64,000 nucleotides of DNA, taken from Flavobacteriales bacterium. GTDB taxonomy: Bacteria; Bacteroidota; Bacteroidia; Flavobacteriales_C; GCA-002722245. A model generated the notes under the pieces. That model was given only the letters and a program-made list of their open reading frames with translations, was not told the origin of the DNA and ran no database searches. The position numbers and the translations under genes are program-made. The stretch lies in the NCBI GenBank assembly GCA_002720635.1, contig PBJD01000014.1, forward strand, positions 2,536 through 66,535. The letters are read 5' to 3'. Below, piece by piece: positions 47,301-57,606 of this stretch. How positions within the stretch are numbered: position 1 is the stretch's first letter; each line of letters starts with the position of its first letter.

Positions 47301-49580
47301 TTGAAAAATAGTATTTTAATCATAATATGTTTTTTTCCTTTTTTATTGTCTGCTCAGTTGACGGTAAGTGGAATAGTTACGGATGATAATTCTGGTGAAA
47401 AATTGCTTTTTGCCTCTGTATATAATGAAAAATCGGGTTTAGGTACGGTAACTAATGAATATGGGTTTTTCTCGTTATCTCTGCCTATGGACACTGTAAA
47501 AATAACATTGAGTTACCTTGGTTATATTCCTAAAACATTTCTTGTATCGAAAGGAAACATTAGTGAGTTGAAGTTTACTTTAAGTAAAGCTTCTACCGAA
47601 GTAAATACAGTAACTATAAATGTATCAAGAACACCTCAGGAAGAAATTCATAAGAGTACTCAAATGAGTGCCGTTAAAATTCCGATTAAGGATATAAAGT
47701 ACATTCCCTCCATTGGGGGAGAATCTGATGTTATAAAAGTTATTCAATTAATGCCTGGTGTTCAAAAAGGGGGAGAAGGAGGTACAGGTCTTTATGTTCG
47801 TGGAGGTGATGTTGATCAAAATTTGGTTCTGCTGGATGAAGCCCCAGTATATAATATTGGTCATTTGTTCGGTTTTTTTTCGGTTTTTAATCAGGATGCT
47901 ATAAAAGATATTACCCTTTATAAAGGTGGCTTTCCATCAAAATATGGCGGAAGGCTTTCAAGTATTCTGGATATTAGAATGAATGATGGAAATATAAATG
48001 AATTTCATGGTAGAGGCGGGGTTGGATTATTAAGTTCACGATTGATGTTGGAAGGTCCGCTATTAAAAAATAAAGGGTCTTTTATGATAGCGGGAAGAAG
48101 AACTTATATCGATCAGGTTTTTAAATGGATTGGAAGCTTTCTTCCGTACTACTTTTATGATGTGAATGCTAAATTTAATTATAAAATTAATGGAAAGAAT
48201 CACTTGTATTTAAGCACTTATTCAGGTAATGATCTTTTAACCTATAATCAAAGTGACGTGATAGAAAATTCCAGATTTAATTTTGGATTTACGTTAGGAA
48301 ATATAACAGGATCAGTTCGATGGAATCAATTGATTAGCGACCGACTATTTGCAAATTACTCCATTATTTATACCAACTTCGATTACAATATTAATACTCA
48401 ATTTGGTGAAGAGTATTCCTTGTATATACTATCCGCTATAAATGATTATGGAGGAAAAGCTGATTGGGAATTTCATAAAAATAAAAATCATACATTCAAA
48501 TATGGGGCAATGTCTATATTTCATGAGTTCAGGCCTAATATTGTTAATTCTCAAGGAGAGTTGATGGAATATGTAGAAAGTAATAAAGGTGATGTTTTAG
48601 ATGCTTTGGAATCCGGCTTTTATCTACAGCATATTTATCGTCTTGATTCTTCCAGTTGGGAATTTCGATCAGGAATCAGATTCTCAACTGCAAATGTTAA
48701 GGATAAAAACTATGCTGGATTAGAACCTCGTTTTTCAACTAAGTTTAAAATAAATGATAATAGTAATTTAAAGTTTAGTTATTCATTAATGCGTCAGTAT
48801 ATGCATCTTGTATCTTCAAGTACAGTTGCACTACCTACAGATTTATGGTATCCGGTTACAAGTTTAGTTAAACCTCAGACATCTCATCAACTATCGGGAG
48901 GTTATTCATGGTTTTTGCGAAACATTAAAACACATTTATCCATTGAGTCTTATTATAAACTCATGCAGAACTTGACGGAATATAAAGAAGGTGCTAATCT
49001 TCTTTTCAATGCAGAATTTGAAACTGAGTTGTTGCAAGGAAATGGAGATAGCTATGGTTTAGAGTTTTTACTAAAAAGAGATGAAGGTCGATGGAATGGT
49101 TGGGTTGGCTACACGTTAAGTTGGAGTCGCCGTTTTTTTGATGAATTAAATGAGGGTAATATTTATTAGGCTAAATATGATCGAAGACATAGTGTTTCAG
49201 TTGTTCAGAACTTTAAAATCACTAATCGATGGAATTTCAGTTCAGTTTGGGTATATTCAAGTGGTTCCAGGTTTACGCCGCAAACTGGTTTATACGCCAT
49301 GCCTAATGCATCATTAACGGGTATTGACTGGATACCGGTGTATACCAGTAGAAATTCCGTCAGTATGTCGCCATCACATCGTATGGATATCAATTTTGTC
49401 TGGCAAAGCAAGGAAACAAAGAAGTTTAGAGGAGAGTGGCATTTTGGTGCGTATAACTTATATAACAGGGCTACACCCTGGAGAATAGAACTGGAAACTA
49501 ATGATAATGGAGGTTTTAAGTACATACAGCCGGGTTTATTTGGCTTTATTCCTTCAATTGCTTATAATTTTGACTTTTAA
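47301..49580 (+). pseudogene. TonB-dependent receptor (CarboxypepD_reg-like N-domain + plug + barrel) interrupted by one in-frame TAG at 49167-49169
   Basis: ORFs 47301..49169 and 49299..49580 share one frame. The 43 codons after the TAG (AKYDRRHSVSVVQNF...) continue the TBDR sequence. C-terminus ...IAYNFDF. This may be a sequencing error rather than a true pseudogene. Confidence 0.6.
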
Positions 49581-50452
49581 TGAAAAAGATTTTGGAAGCC
49601 ATATTTGTTTTAAATTTTCTACTCTCCTGCAGGCCGCAGCCAATTGATGTAGAGTTAGATGAATACGAACCAGAAATTGTGGTTGCATCTCAAATTGTAC
49701 CTGATTATGTTATGATGGTTGGTTTAACACGATCATTTACTGTGCTTTCTAATGCCGGGTATGAAGGAGAAGGAGACAGTGCAACATTTTCCAGCGTATT
49801 AATTGATTCTGCTTTGGTTACTATTGAATCGGGATCAGGAGTTGATACTCTTTTTATGATTTCTCCCGGACTTTTTGCCAGTGTAAATAAATTAGAAAAT
49901 CCGGGAGGTGCATATCATTTAAAAGTAGTTGATTACGAGATGAATAAAACTGCAACAGCTACTTCAATCATGCAAAGTAATGTAGTGTTGGAAACAGTTA
50001 TTCCATCATTAAGTGTTCAAGAGGAAGATACCAGTATTAATATTGATTTGACTTTTAGAGATATTCTCAATGAACCGAATTTTTATGTTTTAAGTGTTTA
50101 TTCCAGGAATTCAAACAAAGGAGGGCTGGATGTAAATACTTTTTTTGACAACGGTTCCAACAACATAGAATATCAAGAATTGATAGAAGATAAGAATAAA
50201 GATGGCGAGGTCTTTAACCGTTCTTTTAATTTAAATTCTGTTTCAACTAAAGACAGTTTAATGATTTTACTTTCAAATATTAGTGAAGGGTACTATCAGT
50301 TCTTAAAAAGTCGAGAACGATCAGGCAATTTACTTTCAGACATAACAAATGAACCTGTAAATTATCCGTCCAATGTAAACAACGGTTTAGGATATTTTAA
50401 TACTCACTATCCTTCTATTCGTTTTTTTGATTTAAAAGAATTACTGGATTGA
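49580..50452 (+). CDS. DUF4249-like lipoprotein (the usual partner of CarboxypepD_reg-type TonB-dependent receptors)
   Basis: Lipobox LLSC. The start overlaps the receptor stop by 1 nt. The family assignment is from memory of the TBDR-DUF4249 pairing in Bacteroidota. Confidence 0.65.
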   Translation: MKKILEAIFVLNFLLSCRPQPIDVELDEYEPEIVVASQIVPDYVMMVGLTRSFTVLSNAGYEGEGDSATFSSVLIDSALVTIESGSGVDTLFMISPGLFASVNKLENPGGAYHLKVVDYEMNKTATATSIMQSNVVLETVIPSLSVQEEDTSINIDLTFRDILNEPNFYVLSVYSRNSNKGGLDVNTFFDNGSNNIEYQELIEDKNKDGEVFNRSFNLNSVSTKDSLMILLSNISEGYYQFLKSRERSGNLLSDITNEPVNYPSNVNNGLGYFNTHYPSIRFFDLKELLD

Positions 50453-50664
50453 ATCAAAGCTTTTTTCTGATATCAAGCTATTTTCAGATAGTAGCTTTAT
50501 ATTAAATAAAATCCCCATCTATTTGATGAGGATTTTAAGCTTTTTGTTCTCTTTATTAAACAAAAATATGGAACTATGAGTAACTACCTTGCAATTTAAC
50601 TAACGCTCGTTGATTCGAAAATGTAACATTAAATCGATAACCTACAATATTTTCCCGATGAACA

Positions 50665-53211
50665 TTGTATTCGAAACAAAAAGCAGTATTATGTCGTATT
50701 GGCACGATAAGTTTTGGGAGTATAATGGGGAACAAAAAAAAGTCTTACGAAGCATTGCAAAATGAAAAAGAGCTTTTGCAAAAAGAGCTGTCTTCTTTGG
50801 AAAAGAGTATTCAGGATGTTTTGTTAACAATTTCAAATCGTTCTGCAAAATTAAGTGAAAGTAGTTGTGAAGAAAAGTTGAAATATATTCAGGAGAGTAT
50901 CGCTAAAAAAGAAATTTTATTAAAATCCTCAGGAGAATTCATGGCTGTTTGTAACCATCGTTTTGAGTTTGATTTTTTGAATCGTGCCGGTCGAACTCTA
51001 TTGGGCTTTTCAGAGGATAATAATACTAAGACTTTTGTAGATTTTATTAAGGAGAAAAAGTACTTTACAGATGAAGTTGTTCCAAAAGTAATGCAGAAAA
51101 ATGGATGGATTGGAGAATTGACAATTCACACTGAAAACAGAGTTTTTCCTGCTACATGTAAAGTCATACCATTTGTTGGATTTTCTTCATTGCGAGAAGG
51201 GTTTTATCTTATTGTAAGAGATATAACAGAAAGTAAGGAGGCAATTCAAAAATTAGTTGGTGCCAAGAATAGAGCTGAGAATAATATGATGGTTCGACAA
51301 CAGTTTTTGGCTAAAATCACTCATGAAATTCGAACATCAATGAGCGCGATTATCGGCCTTTCAAATTTATTAATTGATAAAGGCCTTAAAGGTGATAAAT
51401 TGGAGTTTGCTCATGCGATTAAGCTTTCCGCGGATAATCTCCTGGTAATCATAAATGATATTTTAGATATTTCAAAAATTGAAAGTGGTAAGCTGACTGT
51501 GGAAAATATACGATTTGATTTTACTAAGTTAATGCTTGGTGTAAAATCTATTTTCCAGCATAAAATTGAAAGTGGGGGCATTCAGTTCAAGTATGACATT
51601 GATTCAAAAATACCTGAATATTTAATTGGTGATCCTACTCGACTGAATCAGATTTTATTGAATCTATTGAGTAATTCCGAAAAATTTACAGAACATGGTC
51701 AGATTGCTCTTTCAGCTAAATTGATGCATGCATCTGATAAAAATGTTAAGTTGCGATTTAGGGTTAAGGATACAGGTATAGGAATTGCGGGCAAAAATTT
51801 AGAAAAAATATTTCAAGAATTCATTCAGGAATCCGATAATACGAGCAGATTATATGGTGGGACAGGTTTAGGACTGGCGATTGTTAAACAATTGGTTAGT
51901 TTGCAAAACGGGAGAATTTGGGTGGAGTCAAGTAAAAATAAAGGAAGTTCATTTTTTATAGAAATAGAATACGGCGTTCCGGAACATGAGGCAATAGAAA
52001 AAAAAATAACTCAAAATGAATTTACAGATTTCACATTCAAGTCGGCTAATATTATAATGGCTGAGGATTACCCAATGAATCGTCTTTTAGCAAAGAGTAT
52101 ATTTAAAAAGTGGGGTGTTAATTTGAAAATAGTGAATAACGGAAAAGAGCTATTAAAAGAATTAGAGAAGAATAGCTACGACATCATTCTTATGGATGTT
52201 CAAATGCCCGAAATGGGGGGGGTGGAAGCTACTGAAATATTGCGTGAAAAAGGTATAGAAACTCCTGTTATTGCCATTACAGCCCATTCTTATAAAGAAG
52301 AGCAAATCCTTTGCTCAGAAGCAGGGATGGACGATTTTTTGACAAAACCTTTTGAGGAAAGTGATTTGAAGCAGAAATTGGTTGATTATCTAAATTTACA
52401 TGTTGACGACCTGCCAAAGGAGATAGTCAAGCAGGATGAAAAGGATGCGAATCGGAAAATAGAGCATTGTAATTTGGATTATATAGAAGAGCTAAGCGCC
52501 GGAGATGAAACATTTGTTAATGACATGCTAACTGTTTTTATTCATGAGATTCCAGACTTGCTGAATAAAATGATTTTAAGCTTAAATTCGGGAGATAGAC
52601 AGGGAATTGCTAAATACGCACACAGGCTTCAGTCTTCATTTTTAATCATAAAAAGAGAAGATGTTAAAACTGATTTAAAGTTATTGGAGTTATGGGGGAA
52701 AAATTCTAAAAAAATGAAAAACCCGAACGATACTTTAACCACAATCATCAAACGGTCAAAAAATATACTTAATTCAATTGCCGAATATATTGGCAAGCCA
52801 TGTACAACTCAAATTTTACCTATTGAGTTTTTGATGAGTATTGACGAGTTAAAAAAAATGGATATTGATTTTTCAAAATTAGATGAATTTGGTCAGGGAG
52901 AAATACAGTTTAAAAAAGAAATCATTGGATTGTATTCACAACAAACCGCCGAGCAGATAAAAGAAGTTAAAAAATTATTAAACTCTAAATCGTACGATAG
53001 GATTGCTTTAGTTATTCACAATATGATCGCTTCTTTTAATTTAATTGGATGTCAAACTTTGGTTAATTATTCCAGAGGGCTTGAAGAGTTTTGTATAGAT
53101 GTTGAAAATGAAGAGCGGTTTAATATTCAAATCATGAATTATATACTTTTAATTCAAAAATCAATTGAGCTTGTAAATAAAAAAGGTAAAAAGGAGGGTA
53201 TTTTAACTTAG
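50665..53211 (+). CDS. Hybrid sensor histidine kinase / response regulator with C-terminal Hpt domain
   Basis: PAS-like region. H-box [10 protein letters not shown]. HATPase blocks (G1/G2: DTGIGI, GGTGLGL). Receiver [13 protein letters not shown]...[12 protein letters not shown]. Hpt-like tail. Possible start at MGNKKK (50725). Confidence 0.88.
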   Translation: MYSKQKAVLCRIGTISFGSIMGNKKKSYEALQNEKELLQKELSSLEKSIQDVLLTISNRSAKLSESSCEEKLKYIQESIAKKEILLKSSGEFMAVCNHRFEFDFLNRAGRTLLGFSEDNNTKTFVDFIKEKKYFTDEVVPKVMQKNGWIGELTIHTENRVFPATCKVIPFVGFSSLREGFYLIVRDITESKEAIQKLVGAKNRAENNMMVRQQFLAKITHEIRTSMSAIIGLSNLLIDKGLKGDKLEFAHAIKLSADNLLVIINDILDISKIESGKLTVENIRFDFTKLMLGVKSIFQHKIESGGIQFKYDIDSKIPEYLIGDPTRLNQILLNLLSNSEKFTEHGQIALSAKLMHASDKNVKLRFRVKDTGIGIAGKNLEKIFQEFIQESDNTSRLYGGTGLGLAIVKQLVSLQNGRIWVESSKNKGSSFFIEIEYGVPEHEAIEKKITQNEFTDFTFKSANIIMAEDYPMNRLLAKSIFKKWGVNLKIVNNGKELLKELEKNSYDIILMDVQMPEMGGVEATEILREKGIETPVIAITAHSYKEEQILCSEAGMDDFLTKPFEESDLKQKLVDYLNLHVDDLPKEIVKQDEKDANRKIEHCNLDYIEELSAGDETFVNDMLTVFIHEIPDLLNKMILSLNSGDRQGIAKYAHRLQSSFLIIKREDVKTDLKLLELWGKNSKKMKNPNDTLTTIIKRSKNILNSIAEYIGKPCTTQILPIEFLMSIDELKKMDIDFSKLDEFGQGEIQFKKEIIGLYSQQTAEQIKEVKKLLNSKSYDRIALVIHNMIASFNLIGCQTLVNYSRGLEEFCIDVENEERFNIQIMNYILLIQKSIELVNKKGKKEGILT

Positions 53212-53930
53212 TCATACGTTTTTGATGAATTCTCAAGTAATTTATTTAATTCTATTAGCTCTTCAATACTGAATTCTCTGTATTTTCCCACTGGAACATC
53301 CAGTATTATATTCATGATTCGAATTCGTTTCAAGGATCGCACACGATAACCCAAATGTTCACACATTCTTCTAATTTGGCGGTTCAATCCCTGGGTAAGA
53401 ATAATTTTAAATTTTTGAGGCCCTAATTGTTTTACAAAACACTTTTTTGTTACGGTATCCAATATGGGAACCCCATTGCTCATTTTTTGAATAAAGCTTT
53501 TATTTATTGGGCGGTTAACGGTAACGATATATTCTTTTTCGTGATTGTTTCTTGCACGAAGAATTTTATTTACAATATCACCATCGTTTGTCAAAAAAAT
53601 TAAACCCTCACTGGGTTTGTCAAGTCTTCCTATTGGAAAAATTCTTTTTGGATAATTTATAAAATCGATAATGTTATCGGGTTCTACTTTTGTATCCGTT
53701 GTACATACAATTCCAACAGGCTTATTAAAGGCCAGGTATACATGTTTTTGCTCTATCGATTTTGTGATTATTTGTCCATCAACTTCAACCTCATCACCGT
53801 CTTCAACTTTCGTTCCCATTTCTGGAACTTTTCCATTAATCTTAACCTTTCCTTCTTCAATAAGTCTGTCAGCAACTCTTCTCGAACAGTAGCCAACTTC
53901 ACTCAAGTATTTGTTTATTCTGGTTGCCAT
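53208..53930 (-). CDS. RsuA/RluF-family pseudouridine synthase with N-terminal S4 domain
   Basis: [33 protein letters not shown] is an S4 domain. Catalytic block [17 protein letters not shown]. Confidence 0.85.
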   Translation of the reverse strand: MATRINKYLSEVGYCSRRVADRLIEEGKVKINGKVPEMGTKVEDGDEVEVDGQIITKSIEQKHVYLAFNKPVGIVCTTDTKVEPDNIIDFINYPKRIFPIGRLDKPSEGLIFLTNDGDIVNKILRARNNHEKEYIVTVNRPINKSFIQKMSNGVPILDTVTKKCFVKQLGPQKFKIILTQGLNRQIRRMCEHLGYRVRSLKRIRIMNIILDVPVGKYREFSIEELIELNKLLENSSKTYD

Positions 53931-53967
53931 TCGTTCAAAGGTAACTTTTTATTTATTTTTGAAATGG

Positions 53968-54141
53968 ATGGATAATTTGAAAAAAATTTTAATACTTGCA
54001 CTAGCAATTGCATTAGGGCTCTTTTTGTTTCGGATAATCATCATTTTTCTTGGTGTGTTTTTAAACATAGTTTTAAACGTAATCGTTATAGCAGCTCTAA
54101 TAGCTGGCGGAATCTATTTGTACAGAAAGTTTAAAAAGTAG
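53968..54141 (+). CDS. Small two-TM membrane protein (hypothetical)
   Basis: MDNLKKILILALAIALGLFLFRIIIIFLGVF... is an open frame with no recognisable family. Confidence 0.3.
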   Translation: MDNLKKILILALAIALGLFLFRIIIIFLGVFLNIVLNVIVIAALIAGGIYLYRKFKK

Positions 54142-54164
54142 AGTTTTTGCTCAAGGTGTCTATT

Positions 54165-54707
54165 TCATATCACCTTACAGTTTTCTTTTTTCCAAGATTC
54201 ATGAACAGTTTTTAAATTGATGTTTGCCTTTAATTCATCAAATTCTTTTTGGTTGGCAAATTTCTGCTCTTTTCTCAGTTTTCCAAATGCAAATCTCCTG
54301 ATTTCAGTATCGGTAATTAATTCAAGCCCGGGAACTTTTACAGGTTTTTCATTTTTGTCAATAGCTACAAAGGTGAAATAGGAGGAATTTGTATGTTTTG
54401 TGATGCCTTTTTGAAAATTTTCAGCTTCAACGCGAATACCTACAATCATGCTGGAGTTTCCAACATAGTTTACTCTAGCTTTTAATGATACCAGATCACC
54501 AACGTCAACTGGAGCAAGAAAATCAACAGCGCTGACAGAAGCTGTCACACAATAGTTTTCAGCATGCTTGGTTGCACAAACATATGCAACTTTGTCCATT
54601 AATGATAAAATCACCCCTCCATGTACTTTACCTCCAAAATTGGCATAAGAAGGAATCATTAATTCCGTCAACACAACTTCTGAATCACATATTTTTTTAT
54701 AAGTCAT
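54165..54707 (-). CDS. Acyl-CoA thioesterase (hotdog fold, YciA/Acot-like)
   Basis: LTELMIPSYANFGGKVHGGVILSLMDKVAYVCA matches the 4HBT/acyl-CoA hydrolase signature. Confidence 0.8.
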   Translation of the reverse strand: MTYKKICDSEVVLTELMIPSYANFGGKVHGGVILSLMDKVAYVCATKHAENYCVTASVSAVDFLAPVDVGDLVSLKARVNYVGNSSMIVGIRVEAENFQKGITKHTNSSYFTFVAIDKNEKPVKVPGLELITDTEIRRFAFGKLRKEQKFANQKEFDELKANINLKTVHESWKKENCKVI

Positions 54708-54816
54708 AATTTTTTAACTCCGGATTTTTATTTTTCTACTTGAATTTCTTAAGTATGGATACAATCAGCAAATGAATCTGATTATTGTAAATAATAAATA
54801 ATGTATAATTATTAGA

Positions 54817-56097
54817 TTATACGTTTAATCCTTTTTTATAGGTTTCCAAAGCACGTAATCTCGCTTTTTTATGTTCAACTATTGGCCTTGGATAGGTTAA
54901 TTCCTGAAATTCCGGAACCCATTTTTTGATGTAATTGAAATTTTTGTCAAATTTTTTAACTTGTTCGTATGGGTTAAAAACACGAAAGTAGGGAGCAGAG
55001 TCACAACCTGTTCCTGCTGCCCATTGCCAGTTTCCAACGTTACTTGACAATTCAAAATCCAACAGTTTACTTGCAAAATAAGCTTCACCCCAACGCCAGT
55101 CTATGAGTAAATGTTTTATGAGGAAACTGGCTGTAATCATCCTTACTCTGTTATGCATATAGCCTGTTTGATTTAATTCCCGCATGCCAGCATCAACAAT
55201 CGGATAGCCAGTTTGTCCGGCACACCATTTTTTGAATTCTCCGGAATTGTTTCTCCATTGAATTCCATCATATTTTGATTTGAAATTTTGATGAGTAGAC
55301 TCTGGGAAGTGCCAAAGAATTTGCATAAAAAATTCTCTCCATATGAGTTCGGATAGAAAGGTTTGGTTTATTCTGCTTGCTTCATCTGCCAGTTTTCTAA
55401 TGGAAACTGTGCCAAATCTCAAATGAGGTCCAAGTGCTGATGTGGCATTTAGCTCCGGGAAATTTCTAAATTCATCATACCGTTCTGTTTGACTTAAATC
55501 CCAGGGTTTTACTTTTATTGCTGAAGGCATAAAATTTAAAGACTTCAGGGAAGGTAATTTGTATTCAGATTTACACAAGTTTTCCCATTTTGGCTCTTTT
55601 TTAACATGTTTTGTTGAGTTGGTAACATACTTTTCCAGCCATTTGTTTTTATAGGGTGTGTATACCGTGTATGGAGTTCCATCTTTTTTTGTTATTTCTG
55701 ATTTTTCAAAGATGACTTGATCTTTGTAGGTCTCAACTTGTATATTGTGATTTTTCAAAAAGTTAATTACCTTTTTATCTCTTTTGCGAGCATAAGGTTC
55801 ATAGTCGTGATTAAAGTATACTTTTTGTATTGGAAATCTTTCGGTTAAATAAGCCCAGACAGATTCAACCTGCCCTTTCAAAACGAGGACACTGGAGTTT
55901 CGATTAAAGAGTTGAGTATTTATTTTTCCTAAACATTGGTAAATGAAGTTTACTCTTGAATCATTTGGGTCTAACTCATTTAAAATGTCTTCATCAAATA
56001 TAAAAACTGGGAGTACGGACTTTGCGTTTTCAAGTGCTTTTGAAAATGCTGTGTTGTCTTCAATCCGTAAGTCTCTTCTGAACCAGAATATATTCAT
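54817..56097 (-). CDS. Deoxyribodipyrimidine photolyase / cryptochrome family protein (short form)
   Basis: N-terminal IFWFRRDLRIEDNTA. FAD-binding C-terminal blocks (W...GQTGYPIVDAGMREL, WNxxxGxDxxPYFR). Confidence 0.85.
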   Translation of the reverse strand: MNIFWFRRDLRIEDNTAFSKALENAKSVLPVFIFDEDILNELDPNDSRVNFIYQCLGKINTQLFNRNSSVLVLKGQVESVWAYLTERFPIQKVYFNHDYEPYARKRDKKVINFLKNHNIQVETYKDQVIFEKSEITKKDGTPYTVYTPYKNKWLEKYVTNSTKHVKKEPKWENLCKSEYKLPSLKSLNFMPSAIKVKPWDLSQTERYDEFRNFPELNATSALGPHLRFGTVSIRKLADEASRINQTFLSELIWREFFMQILWHFPESTHQNFKSKYDGIQWRNNSGEFKKWCAGQTGYPIVDAGMRELNQTGYMHNRVRMITASFLIKHLLIDWRWGEAYFASKLLDFELSSNVGNWQWAAGTGCDSAPYFRVFNPYEQVKKFDKNFNYIKKWVPEFQELTYPRPIVEHKKARLRALETYKKGLNV

Positions 56098-56258
56098 AAT
56101 GTTCTTTAATTTCAGCGTAAATTAAGTTAAAATTCTAAAGAGAAAACCCTATTTGTTTTAGAAAAAATTTAACGCTTCATAAATTAAGACATTACTTTTT
56201 TTCAAAAAGAGTTCTTTTTTATTTCCAACAAGTTTATACTTTTGAATTGAATTATCAG

Positions 56259-56873
56259 ATGGAAAATATTCCCCTCATACTTGAAGTTTCAGGAACTTTT
56301 TTTGGAGTTGCATATATTTTTTTAGCTGCGAAGAAGAATGTTTTATGCTGGGTTTCCGGAGTCATACATTCATTGTTAAGTGTATATCTATTTTGGGTGT
56401 ATTCTAAATTATACGCAGAAGCAATTCTATACTTTTACTATGTGATAGCGGGAATAATTGGCTGGATCCAATGGAGCAATCCTAAAACAGATCGCCCGTT
56501 TATTATTAAAGTTAATTCCTCTACACATATTGTCTTTGTTCTCATCGGAGTTGTTTTAAGTTTTGGACTGTATTTTTTAATTTCTTTTATTTTCCCCGAC
56601 GCAACAAGACCTTTAGTGGATTCATTTACAACTGTTTTTAGTTTTTTAGCAACCTGGATTACGATTCGAAAATGGTTGAGTAGTTGGATATACTGGATTA
56701 TAATTGATATTGTATCCGCTGGTTTATACTGGAGCAGAGATTTGAATTTGTATGCATTACTCATGATTTTTTATACTGTTCTTGCTGCTTATGGCTATTT
56801 TTCCTGGAAAAAATCTGAACTAAAGTCAATTCGATTTTCAAGCGTATTCAAAACCATTAATTCTGTTTCGTGA
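56259..56873 (+). CDS. pnuC: Nicotinamide riboside transporter PnuC
   Basis: Seven- to eight-TM protein. The N-terminus LEVSGTFFGVAYIFLAAKKNVLCW is typical of PnuC. Confidence 0.8.
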   Translation: MENIPLILEVSGTFFGVAYIFLAAKKNVLCWVSGVIHSLLSVYLFWVYSKLYAEAILYFYYVIAGIIGWIQWSNPKTDRPFIIKVNSSTHIVFVLIGVVLSFGLYFLISFIFPDATRPLVDSFTTVFSFLATWITIRKWLSSWIYWIIIDIVSAGLYWSRDLNLYALLMIFYTVLAAYGYFSWKKSELKSIRFSSVFKTINSVS

Positions 56874-57394
56874 AAAAAATTGTGGTCATAGGTCCTGAAT
56901 CTACCGGTAAATCTACTCTTTGTATGGATTTATCGAGTTGTTTTCAAATAACCAGTGTTCCCGAATATGCTCGCGTTTATCTTGAATGCAATGGAGCAGA
57001 GTATACCTATCAGGATGTACTCAACATGATTCATGGTCAGTTGGAGTCTGAGCGAAATTGTATTGAGGAAAATGGGGCGGATCCATTCATCATTCTGGAT
57101 ACAAATTACCTTACCTACAAGGTTTGGATACAAGAAAAATATAAACGCGAGGAACCTCTTATTGAAGAGTTACTTAAGGTTGATGATAATACGCATTATT
57201 TGCTTTGTGATGTTGATATTCCATGGAAGTATGACCCGTTACGTGAACATCCAAATGCAAAGGACAGGCAGCGTTTGTTTAGTGCGTATAAATCCATATT
57301 GATGGTTAATAATCTGCCTTTTAGCATCGTAAAAGGTAATCGTCAAGAACGCTTGGAAATCGCAAAAAACATATTGAATAAACTAAATGACTAG
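56870..57394 (+). CDS. NadR-like ribosylnicotinamide kinase domain protein (P-loop ATPase)
   Basis: Walker A IGPESTGKSTL. ATGA-coupled to pnuC. Only the kinase-sized domain is present (174 aa). Confidence 0.7.
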   Translation: MKKIVVIGPESTGKSTLCMDLSSCFQITSVPEYARVYLECNGAEYTYQDVLNMIHGQLESERNCIEENGADPFIILDTNYLTYKVWIQEKYKREEPLIEELLKVDDNTHYLLCDVDIPWKYDPLREHPNAKDRQRLFSAYKSILMVNNLPFSIVKGNRQERLEIAKNILNKLND

Positions 57395-57427
57395 GTTTTT
57401 TTTTCTGGTTTTTATTGCTAGTTTTGT

Positions 57428-57540
57428 GCCACTCATTGAGGGGTGCCTTAAAAATTAAAGGCTGAGATTATACCCGTTTTTCCCAAACAAGGGAAATAAA
57501 CCTGATCCAGATAATGCTGGCGTAGGTAAACGAGATAATA
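57428..57540 (+). promoter_or_regulatory. TPP (thiamine pyrophosphate) riboswitch
   Basis: GGGGTGCC ... GCTGAGA ... ACCC ... AACCTGATCCAGATAATGCTGGCGTAGG matches the THI-element consensus. The P3 extension is tccc-aaacaa-ggga. It lies directly 5' of a TonB-dependent receptor gene. Confidence 0.88.
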
Positions 57541-57606
57541 AACCAATAAAGTTTAATACACGCGTTTGTATTACTCCTCTGCATTCGTCTTAAAAGTTTA
57601 TTTACT

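Noticed and set aside
47301-49580. Treating 47301..49169 and 49299..49580 as two independent genes.
   Set aside because: Both are in the same frame. The 43 codons between them are open and receptor-like. Only a single TAG separates them.
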